From: Methylococcus sp.
GTDB taxonomy: Bacteria > Pseudomonadota > Gammaproteobacteria > Methylococcales > Methylococcaceae
NCBI GenBank assembly: GCA_035559395.1
Contig: DATMAX010000013.1
Span: 117,103-141,102, forward strand
DNA length: 24,000 nucleotides
Direction: 5' to 3'
Part shown: positions 9,657 to 18,025 of the stretch, in pieces
Numbering within the stretch: the stretch's first letter is position 1
Layout: each line of letters starts with the position of its first letter
Translations under genes and position numbers: made by a program
Notes under the pieces: generated by a model
The model's input: only the letters and a program-made list of their open reading frames with translations
The model's database searches: none
Told to the model about the DNA's origin: nothing

Positions 9657-10733
9657 ATGAGCGGAATACGCCCCACACTCGACACCTTGTCCGACGCCGA
9701 TTTCCAGGCCCGTTTTCTGGATGGGGTATCGCGTACCTTCGCTCTCACCATCCCGCAATTGCCAACGCCTTTGGCCGCACCGGTGGCCAACGGTTACCTG
9801 TTATGCCGGATCGTGGATACGATCGAAGACGAAGTGGGGCTCAGCTCGCAGCAGAAACGGACCTTCTGCGAACGTTTCATTCGCGTCGTCGCCGGTCAAG
9901 AAGCCGCCGAACCGCTCGCAACGGACCTGAGGCCCTTGCTTTCCGAACAAACCCTGCGAGCCGAACGCGAGTTGATCGCCGAGATCCCTCGGGTGATACG
10001 GATTACCCATAGCTTCGCTCCCCCGCAACGTGAAGCTCTTTCCGACTGTGTGGCCACCATGGCGCGTGGCATGGCCGCGTTCCAGGATCAGGATCTGCGT
10101 CGCGGTTTGAACGATCTCGGGCAAATGGCGGACTACTGCTACTACGTCGCCGGCGTCGTGGGGGAAATGCTGACGCGTCTTTTCTGCCATTACTCCCCGG
10201 AAATCACGGCACACCGGAACGACCTGATGGGCCTCGCGGTGTCCTTCGGTCAGGGGTTGCAGATGACCAACATTCTCAAGGACATTTGGGACGACCGCGA
10301 ACGCGGAGTTTGCTGGCTGCCACGAGACGTTTTTGCCGAAGCCGGGTTCGATCTGTCCGATCTCAGGCCCGATCATCAAAGCCCCGCCTTCGCGGAAGGT
10401 CTCCGCCATTTGCTCGCCGTAGCCCACGGACATTTGCGCGACGCCTTGGAGTACACCCTGTTGATCCCCTCCCACGAGACCGGAATCCGCGAGTTTTGCC
10501 TGTGGGCCATCGGAATGGCCGTTCTCACCTTACGCAAGATTCACGGCAATCCTTATTTCAGCGACTCCAGTCAGGTGAAGATCACGCGGCGCGCGGTCAA
10601 GGCCACGATCCTGGTATCCCGCTTGGGCCGCCGTCACGACGCCTTGCTCCGAAGCGTTTTTTGGCTCGCCGGACTCGGCCTACCCAGGACCCGAGCGGTC
10701 GCCGCCATGTTACGCAATCACATCGACGTCTGA
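9657..10733 (+). CDS. sqs: Squalene synthase (single-enzyme SQS type, farnesyl-diphosphate farnesyltransferase)
   Basis: 358 aa of the squalene/phytoene synthase family: 'GVSRTFALTI', first Asp-rich motif 'RIVDTIEDE' (DTxED as in eukaryote-type SQS), 'YCYYVAGVVGEM', second motif 'QMTNILKDIWDDRERG'. It lies directly upstream of shc. No hpnC/hpnD/hpnE-like genes are in the window. Confidence 0.85.
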   Translation: MSGIRPTLDTLSDADFQARFLDGVSRTFALTIPQLPTPLAAPVANGYLLCRIVDTIEDEVGLSSQQKRTFCERFIRVVAGQEAAEPLATDLRPLLSEQTLRAERELIAEIPRVIRITHSFAPPQREALSDCVATMARGMAAFQDQDLRRGLNDLGQMADYCYYVAGVVGEMLTRLFCHYSPEITAHRNDLMGLAVSFGQGLQMTNILKDIWDDRERGVCWLPRDVFAEAGFDLSDLRPDHQSPAFAEGLRHLLAVAHGHLRDALEYTLLIPSHETGIREFCLWAIGMAVLTLRKIHGNPYFSDSSQVKITRRAVKATILVSRLGRRHDALLRSVFWLAGLGLPRTRAVAAMLRNHIDV

Positions 10734-10768
10734 TTCGCCATTTCGCAACCCTCAGGGAACCATCGGCC

Positions 10769-12736
10769 ATGCTGAAAGAAGCGACCGTTATCTCAACCTC
10801 AAATCGCGAACTGCTGACCCCGTTGTCCGTCGAGTCCCCGCTCGATGCTGCGATTCGGCGCGCCAAGGACCATCTTTTGCGATTGCAACACGAGGACGGC
10901 TACTGGGTCTTCGAACTCGAAGCCGACTGCACGATTCCGTCCGAATACATCTTGATGATGCACTTTCTGGACGAAATCGACAGCGAACTTCAAGCCAAGA
11001 TCGCCAACTACCTCCGTGCCCACCAGAGCGCCGACGGCAGTTATCCCCTGTTTCAGGGGGGTCCGGGGGACCTGAGTTGCACGGTGAAGGCGTACTACGC
11101 GCTCAAGCTCGCCGGCGATTCTCCCGATGCACCGCACATGCAGAAGGCCCGCGAGTGGATCCTGGGTCGCGGCGGCGCGGCCCGTTCCAACGTGTTTACG
11201 CGCATCATGCTCGCCATGTTCGAACAGATTCCCTGGCGCGGCATCCCCTTCATCCCGGTGGAGATCATGCTGCTGCCCAAGTGGTTCCCGTTCCATCTCG
11301 ACAAGATATCTTATTGGTCCCGCACCGTGATGGTTCCCTTGTTCATCCTATGCAGCCACAAGGTCACGGCCCGAAATCCAAAGAAAATCGGGGTGCGCGA
11401 ACTCTTTACCGTCGCTCCGGAGAAAGAACGCAACTATTTCTCCCACGTGACCACACCGCTGGGCAAGACCATTCTGGCCCTGGAGCGCCTGGGCCGCTGG
11501 TGTGAGCCCTTGATCCCGAAGGCCATCCGGACCAAAGCCACGCAAAAGGCACTGGACTGGTTCAGCGAGCGGCTGAACGGCGTCGACGGCTTGGGTGCCA
11601 TCTTCCCGGCCATGGCCACCGCTTACGAGGCGTTGATCTTTCTCGGCGTTCCCCCGGAGGACGAGCGGCGGCGACGAGCACGGGAAGCATTGCGACGCCT
11701 TCTGGTCGTCGGCGAGGATAGCGCCTATTGTCAGCCCTGTGTATCACCCGTTTGGGACACCGGGCTCACCACTCTGACTTTGCAGGAAGTCGCCCGCCAT
11801 GGCGCCGATTCGCGGCTCGATGCCGCACTGAACAAGGCGTTGCGGTGGTTGGCCTCGAAGCAGATCGACAAAGATGCGCCGGGAGACTGGCGCGTCAATC
11901 GCCCCGGCTTGGAAGGTGGCGGCTGGGCCTTCCAATTCCGCAACGACCATTATCCCGACGTCGACGATACGGCAGTCGTCGCCCATGCCATGGTCATGTC
12001 CAGTGATCCCAGCTTCGAGGACAACCTCCGCCGCGCCGCGAACTGGATCGCCGGAATGCAGTCCAGCAACGGCGGCTTTGGTGCCTTCGACGCCGACAAT
12101 ACGTATCACTATCTGAATGCGATCCCCTTCGCCGATCACGGCGCCTTACTCGACCCGCCCACCGCCGACGTGAGCGCGCGTTGCGCGATGTTCCTGGCGA
12201 AACAGGTGGATCACCGTCCCGAACTTCGCGTCGTGCTCGATCGTATCCTCGCCTACCTGCGCAAAGAGCAGGAGCCCGATGGCTCCTGGTTCGGCCGTTG
12301 GGGCACGAACTACATTTACGGCACCTGGTCCGTCCTGCTCGCCTTCGAAGCCGCCGGCATATCCAAAGACGACCCATGCATTCGGCGGGCGGTCGCTTGG
12401 CTCAAGAGCATCCAACGCGAAGATGGCGGCTGGGGTGAGGACAATCTGAGTTACCACGATTCCTCTTACCGCGGGCGTTATTCCAAAAGCACCGCGTTCC
12501 AGACCGGTCTTGCCCTCCTCTCCCTGATGGCGGCAGGAGAAACTGGATCACCGGAAGTCCAGGCCGGAATCGATTTCCTCTTGCGCGAGCAGCGAACGGA
12601 TGGATTCTGGAAGGACGAATGCTTCACGGCGCCGGGCTTCCCGCGGGTCTTCTACCTGAAATATCACGGCTACGACAAGTTCTTCCCGCTTTGGGCATTG
12701 GCGCGTTACCGTAACGAACGTTACACCGCCGCGTGA
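10769..12736 (+). CDS. shc: Squalene-hopene cyclase
   Basis: 655 aa from ATG 10769. The track ORF extends to 10286 but that part overlaps sqs out of frame. Catalytic 'YPDVDDTAVV' (DxDDTA) is present. Multiple QW repeats ('LQHEDGYW', 'KEQEPDGSWFGRWG', 'SIQREDGGWG', 'REQRTDGFW'). Confidence 0.97.
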   Translation: MLKEATVISTSNRELLTPLSVESPLDAAIRRAKDHLLRLQHEDGYWVFELEADCTIPSEYILMMHFLDEIDSELQAKIANYLRAHQSADGSYPLFQGGPGDLSCTVKAYYALKLAGDSPDAPHMQKAREWILGRGGAARSNVFTRIMLAMFEQIPWRGIPFIPVEIMLLPKWFPFHLDKISYWSRTVMVPLFILCSHKVTARNPKKIGVRELFTVAPEKERNYFSHVTTPLGKTILALERLGRWCEPLIPKAIRTKATQKALDWFSERLNGVDGLGAIFPAMATAYEALIFLGVPPEDERRRRAREALRRLLVVGEDSAYCQPCVSPVWDTGLTTLTLQEVARHGADSRLDAALNKALRWLASKQIDKDAPGDWRVNRPGLEGGGWAFQFRNDHYPDVDDTAVVAHAMVMSSDPSFEDNLRRAANWIAGMQSSNGGFGAFDADNTYHYLNAIPFADHGALLDPPTADVSARCAMFLAKQVDHRPELRVVLDRILAYLRKEQEPDGSWFGRWGTNYIYGTWSVLLAFEAAGISKDDPCIRRAVAWLKSIQREDGGWGEDNLSYHDSSYRGRYSKSTAFQTGLALLSLMAAGETGSPEVQAGIDFLLREQRTDGFWKDECFTAPGFPRVFYLKYHGYDKFFPLWALARYRNERYTAA

Positions 12737-13482
12737 GACGAATCGGTGTCCTGGTCGCCCTACCAGCCGAGGGTCGCACTTTGACGCGACACCGGCTGCG
12801 TGCGGGCGAACCCTGTCGCATCAGCGCTTCCATCCTGGTATGTCGGTCCGGCAGTGGTCCGTTGCCTGCCCGTACCGCTGCCCGGCGATTGCTCGCGGCA
12901 GGTGCCGAGGCTCTGGTGAGCTGGGGTTGTGCCGCCGCCCTCGACCCCCACCTGGCGGCCGGCGATCTCGTGCTTCCCGCCGCGATTCTCGATACCGACG
13001 GCACCTTGGTCGAAACCCATGCCGGCTGGCGGTCCTGGTGCACCGAGCGGGTCGGTGAAGCTTCCTTTCGGGTGACTTCCGGCATCCTGTGCACCAGCCC
13101 GGACATAGTTCAGGGCACGGAAGCCAAGCATCGACTCGGACGGGCAACCGGAGCCGTGGCCGTCGACATGGAAAGCGGCGCAGTGGCACGTACGGCAACG
13201 GAAGCGGGGATTCCCGTCATCGCCATACGCGCCATCGCAGACACGGTCGATTTGGCGATCCCCGACGGCGTGATCCGAGCCCTGCAACCCGACGGCCACG
13301 TGGGCCTCGGCAAACTCCTCACCAACCTCCTACTGCATCCCGGCGAAATCCCCGCTCTTCTGCGTCTGGGACACTCCTTTCGGGCCGCCCAGCGCACCCT
13401 GCACACCATGGCGACGCTGGCGCAGCCGGACCATTTCTTCGGTGGGCGACGGAGTGGCGCCGAAGCACCGGCCTCGGAATAA
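12733..13482 (+). CDS. hpnG: Hopanoid-associated nucleosidase/phosphorylase (adenosylhopane to ribosylhopane + adenine)
   Basis: 249 aa. GTG start overlaps the shc stop (GTGA at 12733-12736). PNP/UDP-1-like fold signature: 'IGVLVALPAEG' N-terminal strand, 'AVDMESGAVA', 'IRAIADT'. The position after shc is typical of hpnG. Confidence 0.8.
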   Translation: MRRIGVLVALPAEGRTLTRHRLRAGEPCRISASILVCRSGSGPLPARTAARRLLAAGAEALVSWGCAAALDPHLAAGDLVLPAAILDTDGTLVETHAGWRSWCTERVGEASFRVTSGILCTSPDIVQGTEAKHRLGRATGAVAVDMESGAVARTATEAGIPVIAIRAIADTVDLAIPDGVIRALQPDGHVGLGKLLTNLLLHPGEIPALLRLGHSFRAAQRTLHTMATLAQPDHFFGGRRSGAEAPASE

Positions 13483-13503
13483 CTAAGGAAGGACCAAGAA
13501 CCG

Positions 13504-16176
13504 ATGTCCCAATCCCGCGACAGCCTGCTCATTCGTCTAGTTCACTGGTGGGAATCCAACGTACTCAAGCACCCTTGGCTGGTCATCCTCATCACGCTCG
13601 TCGCCTGCGGCTTCACGCTACATTACACGATGCAGAATCTGACCGTGGACACCAACACGGCAAACACGATTTCCACGGATTTACCCTTCCAAAAGAACCG
13701 TATCCGGTTCGAAACCGAGTTTCCGCAGGACGTCTCCACCATGATCCTGTTGGTGGAAGGAAACACCCCGGAACAGACCAGCGACGCTGTCGAGCGCATC
13801 GAGTCGCTCCTGAAAGGCCATCCGGAAACGATCGAATCCGTCTACGTACCGGATGGAGGGGAATTTTTCCTCCGCAACGGCTTGCTCTACGTGAATCTTT
13901 CCGATCTCGAAAAGATCGCCAGCGATCTTTCCGCAGCCCAGCCGTTCTTCGGCAGGCTCGCCGAAGACAACAGCCTCAAGGGGTTTTTCGGGATCTTCGC
14001 GCAAGCCTTGGAGGCGAAAGATTCGGAGCTGCCCGTGGAATTGGGAACCTTCATCCGCAAGCTGCACCATGCCTTGCGGGCGACGCTGGAGAACCGCCCC
14101 TACGAGATCTCTTGGCAGCAACTGATCCTGGGGGAAAAGAAAGGGCTCGGGGTTACCCAGCGCTTTCTTTTCATCCGCCCCAAGTTGTTTTTCAACGAGC
14201 TGATGCCGGCGGCTCGGGCGATTGCCACGATCGACGAGATCATTGGCACGACCCGCCAGGACGATCTGTTGTCCGACATCGTCGTGCACAAGACCGGAGA
14301 GGTGGTCCTCGAATACGAGGAAATGCTCACCGTCGAAAGAAGCGTGTCCGTCGCCGGTGTCGCATCCATGGTGCTGGTCTGTCTCACCCTGTGGATCGCC
14401 TATCGCTCCTTCCGCCTCATGTTCGCCACGTTCGTCTCGCTGACCATGGGGCTGATTTTTTCCATGGGATTCGCGACGGCCGCGATCGGCCAACTCAATC
14501 TGATTTCGATCTCTTTTGCGGTACTGTTCATCGGCATGGGAGACGCCTATTCCTCCCATTTTTGCCTGCGCTACCGGGAACTCGTGCTGTGGGGCACGCC
14601 ACAACGCGAGGCTTTGCGCGAGACCCTGGTTTCGACCGGTTCGGCCCTGATCCTCTGCACCCTGACCGCCGCCATCGGTTTGTACGCCTTCATCCCCACG
14701 GCGTACTCCGGGGTCGCCGAGTTGGGAATCATCGCCGGCACCAGCATGTTCATCGCCCTGGCGACCACCTTCACCGTTTTGCCCGCGATCATGAACATCA
14801 TGCCGCTGAAGCCCTCGCGCAGGGCCATGAGCCATAAACCGAGAAAACTGGTCAGCGTGCTCCAGTCCAATTGGCCATTGCGTTATGCGGAAGCGATCCG
14901 CGCCTCCACCATCATCGCCGGGATCCTCGCCGGCGGCTTGCTGTGCCGGGTGGAGGTGGACTTCAATCCGATCAATCTGCGCGACCCGGAAACCGCGTCG
15001 GTGAAAACCTTCAAGCACCTGCTCGAATCACCCGATACCTCGCCCATGACCTTGGCGGCGCTCGCCCGCGACGCCACCGACGCGAGAAGACTGACCGAGG
15101 CCTTCGAAAAGCTCCCCTCGGTCTCCGAGGTACGCAGCATTTTCGACCTCATCCCGGAACAGCAGGAGGAAAAACTCGTCGTCATCGAAGAATTGGCCCT
15201 GGTTCTCGGACCCCAGATCCAGAACTTTCCACCGCCGGCTTTCGGCCAAGCCCGGTTGGAAGATCTGGAGCGTCTGCAGGCGGTCGTCCGCAAACGTCTG
15301 CAGCGCGGTCCCGATGCGGACTTGGAAGGCTTGGAGCAGGTGCTGACGGAACTCATCGACACCTTGCGCTCGTCTCCCCCGGAGCAAGTACGCGCGCGCC
15401 TCGACAGACTGGAGCGGAGCATTCTCGGAGGTCTGGAGAAGACCATCCGCAGGCTCGCCAAGAGCCTTCAGGCTTCCCCCATTTCCTTGGAAACCTTACC
15501 GGAGGATCTACGCTCCCGCTGGATCAGCAAGAGCGGGTTGTACCGCCTGCAAATCCGTCCGCGCGAAAACCTCGACGACTTGACCAATCTCCGCACCTTC
15601 GTCCAGCAAGCCCAAAGCGTCGATCCCGACGTCACCGATTTGCCGGTGATCTATCTGGAATCGATGGAGGCCGTAATCGACGCCTTCCAGCAAGCGTTCA
15701 GCATCGCCCTCGGCGCCATCACGCTCCTGCTTCTCGCCATCCTGCGCAGCGCCAAGGACACTCTCCTGGTGCTGTTGCCCTTGTTGTTGGCTGCCCTGTT
15801 CACGGCGGCCGCCACGGTGATCTTCCGGGTGCCGTTCAACTTCGCGAACATCATCGCCCTGCCGTTATTGTTCGGACTCGGGGTCGACAACGGCATCCAC
15901 ATGGTGCACCGGCTCCACTATCTGCAAGCCGGGGAGGAGAACCTGCTGGCATCGAGCGAATCCCAGGGGGTGTTTTACGGTGCTCTCACCACGGTCTTCA
16001 GCTTCGTCAGCCTGGCTTTCACCGCCCATCCCGGAATGTCTTCCCTCGGGATTCTGCTCGCCATCGGACTGTTGCTTTCGCTCATCTGCGCCCTGGTGGT
16101 CCTTCCCGCGTTCAGCGTCCTGCGGACGAGACCCGACCCCGGTAGTGTAGAATTTGTACACTTTTCCGACCATTAA
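13504..16176 (+). CDS. hpnN: RND/MMPL-family hopanoid transporter
   Basis: 890 aa. Two repeats of about 6 TM plus a large periplasmic loop. RND/SSD-like motifs 'LFIGMGDAYSSHF' and 'LFGLGVDNGIHMVHR'. SD AAGGAAGGA upstream. Hopanoid-cluster context. Confidence 0.85.
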   Translation: MSQSRDSLLIRLVHWWESNVLKHPWLVILITLVACGFTLHYTMQNLTVDTNTANTISTDLPFQKNRIRFETEFPQDVSTMILLVEGNTPEQTSDAVERIESLLKGHPETIESVYVPDGGEFFLRNGLLYVNLSDLEKIASDLSAAQPFFGRLAEDNSLKGFFGIFAQALEAKDSELPVELGTFIRKLHHALRATLENRPYEISWQQLILGEKKGLGVTQRFLFIRPKLFFNELMPAARAIATIDEIIGTTRQDDLLSDIVVHKTGEVVLEYEEMLTVERSVSVAGVASMVLVCLTLWIAYRSFRLMFATFVSLTMGLIFSMGFATAAIGQLNLISISFAVLFIGMGDAYSSHFCLRYRELVLWGTPQREALRETLVSTGSALILCTLTAAIGLYAFIPTAYSGVAELGIIAGTSMFIALATTFTVLPAIMNIMPLKPSRRAMSHKPRKLVSVLQSNWPLRYAEAIRASTIIAGILAGGLLCRVEVDFNPINLRDPETASVKTFKHLLESPDTSPMTLAALARDATDARRLTEAFEKLPSVSEVRSIFDLIPEQQEEKLVVIEELALVLGPQIQNFPPPAFGQARLEDLERLQAVVRKRLQRGPDADLEGLEQVLTELIDTLRSSPPEQVRARLDRLERSILGGLEKTIRRLAKSLQASPISLETLPEDLRSRWISKSGLYRLQIRPRENLDDLTNLRTFVQQAQSVDPDVTDLPVIYLESMEAVIDAFQQAFSIALGAITLLLLAILRSAKDTLLVLLPLLLAALFTAAATVIFRVPFNFANIIALPLLFGLGVDNGIHMVHRLHYLQAGEENLLASSESQGVFYGALTTVFSFVSLAFTAHPGMSSLGILLAIGLLLSLICALVVLPAFSVLRTRPDPGSVEFVHFSDH

Positions 16177-16203
16177 CTTATCCATTCGAGCCTAGAGGTC
16201 TTC

Positions 16204-17592
16204 ATGTCGAACCGCATTGCCGACTTGCTGGTGGAGCGCCGAGGCGACAACTTCGATCTCCACGAAAAGTATCTCAACGCCCAGATGGTGCGGGTCCTGA
16301 AAACCATCGGCTATGATCGCGTCTACGTCCGCGCCCAAGGTCCGTATCTTTACGATGACAGGGATCGCGAGTACCTCGATCTCCTGAGCGGCTTTGGCGT
16401 CTTCGCCATGGGACGCAATCACCCCAAGATCGTCGCCGCCCTCCGGGATGTGCTGGAGGCTCAACTTCCGGACCTGGTGCAGATGGACGTTTCCCTGCTC
16501 AGCGGGCTGCTCTCGGAAAGATTGCTCAAGCGCTGCCCCGAAGGTCTCACCCGCATGTTTTATTGCAACTCCGGGGCCGAAGCCGTCGAGGCGGCGATCA
16601 AATTCGCCCGTTACACCACCAAGCGCGAGAAGATCCTCTATTGCGAACACGGCTTCCACGGATTGACCATGGGCGCCCTTTCGCTGAACGGCGAGCGCGT
16701 GTTTCGCGAGGGCTTCGAGCCGTTGCTTCCGCAGTGTGTCGCGATCCCCTTCAACGATCTCCCCGCCTTGGAAAAGGCGCTCCACGGCAGGGACGTGGCC
16801 GCGTTCATCGTCGAGCCGATCCAAGGCAAGGGAGTGAATCTGCCCGACGGGGCCTACTTGGTCGAAGCGGCGCGGCTGTGTCGGGCCCATGGCACGCTGT
16901 TCGTGGCCGACGAGATCCAAACCGGCATCGGCCGCACCGGAAAATTCTGGGCCGTCGAGCATTGGGGGGTGCAACCCGACATGATCCTGATGGCCAAAGC
17001 GCTTTCCGGCGGCTTCATTCCGGTGGGTGCGGTAGCCATGAAAAAACACATCATGGAGTCCGTGTTCAACCGCATGGATCGCGCCGTGGTGCACGGCTCC
17101 ACGTTCTCGAAAAACAACATGGCCATGGCAGCGGGGATAGCCACCCTGGACGTCATCGAGGAGGAAAGTCTGCTCGACAATGCCGCACGCAGGGGAGAGC
17201 AGATCCTTTCCGGACTTCGCGCCCTGATCGATCGTTATGAACTGCTGCAGGATGTACGCGGCAAGGGCCTGATGATCGCGCTCGAATTCGGGGCACCCAA
17301 GAGCTTCGCGCTGAAGACCGCCTGGAATCTGCTGGAAACGGCCAGCAAGGGCCTGTTCAGCCAGATGATCACCATTCCGCTGTTCAAAAACCATCGCATC
17401 TTGAGCCAAGTGGCTGGACACGGCATGAACGTCGTCAAGTTTCTCCCTCCCCTGGTCATTCAGGACAAGGATGTCGACTGGATTCTCCGCGCCCTGGACA
17501 CGGTGATCGCCGATTGCCACAAGGTCCCCGGTGCCATCTGGGACCTCGGCAAGAATCTGACCAGCCATGCCCTGAAGTCCAAGGCCGGTTGA
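16204..17592 (+). CDS. hpnO: Class-III (ornithine/acetylornithine-type) PLP aminotransferase, probable hopanoid C-35 aminotransferase
   Basis: 462 aa. 'NSGAEAVEAAIKFAR', 'ADEIQTGIGRTGKFWA', PLP-lysine context 'DMILMAKALSGGFIPVGA'. The family assignment is firm. The hpnO role is inferred from its position 27 nt downstream of hpnN in the same unit. Confidence 0.65.
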   Translation: MSNRIADLLVERRGDNFDLHEKYLNAQMVRVLKTIGYDRVYVRAQGPYLYDDRDREYLDLLSGFGVFAMGRNHPKIVAALRDVLEAQLPDLVQMDVSLLSGLLSERLLKRCPEGLTRMFYCNSGAEAVEAAIKFARYTTKREKILYCEHGFHGLTMGALSLNGERVFREGFEPLLPQCVAIPFNDLPALEKALHGRDVAAFIVEPIQGKGVNLPDGAYLVEAARLCRAHGTLFVADEIQTGIGRTGKFWAVEHWGVQPDMILMAKALSGGFIPVGAVAMKKHIMESVFNRMDRAVVHGSTFSKNNMAMAAGIATLDVIEEESLLDNAARRGEQILSGLRALIDRYELLQDVRGKGLMIALEFGAPKSFALKTAWNLLETASKGLFSQMITIPLFKNHRILSQVAGHGMNVVKFLPPLVIQDKDVDWILRALDTVIADCHKVPGAIWDLGKNLTSHALKSKAG

Positions 17593-17626
17593 CTCTCATC
17601 ATTCTTAAAGCCAAAAGGGACCCTCC

Positions 17627-18019
17627 ATGTTCTACCCGATGTTCCGCACGCGCTTGGGACTTGCGGCGATCCTGGCTTCCAGTCTGCTCGCCGCAAGTCC
17701 GATGGTTTGGAGTCATGCCGTCGTCACGGAATCTTCCCTGAGCCACCGGCCGGTATCGGCTCACCAACCTACCAAGGTCGTGTTGTTCTTCAACTCCGGT
17801 GTGGAACTCGCCCTTTCGCGGGTCTTCCTGGTGAGCAAGGGAGACGTTTTTCACCCCGTCACGATCGGCAGGGGCAAGAAAGCCGGAGAAGTGCTCATTG
17901 ATCTCCCCGCCCTCGAACCCGGCGACTATGCTCTCAAATACAAGGTCTTCGCCGCGGACGGTCATATCACCGAAAACGTGATCCGCTTCCGCGTAGAGAA
18001 CCCCACGACGGAGAGGTAA
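17627..18019 (+). CDS. copC: CopC-family periplasmic copper-binding protein (Cu(II)-site-only type)
   Basis: 130 aa. The signal peptide ends 'MVWS|HAVV', so the mature protein starts with His1. It follows the CopC pattern 'H-A-x-(L/V)..S.P......P..V.L.F', 'LPALEPGDYALKYKVFAADGHITENVIRFRV' (D-x-H). The mature protein contains no Met, so the Met-rich Cu(I) site is absent. Confidence 0.85.
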   Translation: MFYPMFRTRLGLAAILASSLLAASPMVWSHAVVTESSLSHRPVSAHQPTKVVLFFNSGVELALSRVFLVSKGDVFHPVTIGRGKKAGEVLIDLPALEPGDYALKYKVFAADGHITENVIRFRVENPTTER

Positions 18020-18025
18020 CGACAC

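Noticed and set aside
9415-9660. 81-aa + strand ORF in the hpnH/sqs intergenic region
   Set aside because: It has no SD, and its AT-rich low-complexity translation spans the predicted promoter and inverted repeats. It is most likely non-coding regulatory DNA.
10286-10768. 161-aa upstream extension of the shc ORF. Similar 5' extensions exist for apt (6993-7544), dxs (5563-5625) and the mepK-like gene (22684-22863).
   Set aside because: The extensions overlap upstream genes out of frame or precede the point where family homology or signal peptides begin. The internal ATGs give canonical lengths.
13089-15018. 582-aa (+, other frame) and 445-aa (-) ORFs overlapping hpnG/hpnN
   Set aside because: Arg/Pro/Gly-rich nonsense translations. 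The hpnN frame gives a coherent 12-TM RND protein.
17589-17617. TTGACT at the hpnO stop as an internal promoter for copCD
   Set aside because: No acceptable -10 lies at 16-18 nt (CAAAAG, 3/6), and it would leave almost no leader. Co-transcription with hpnO is more parsimonious.
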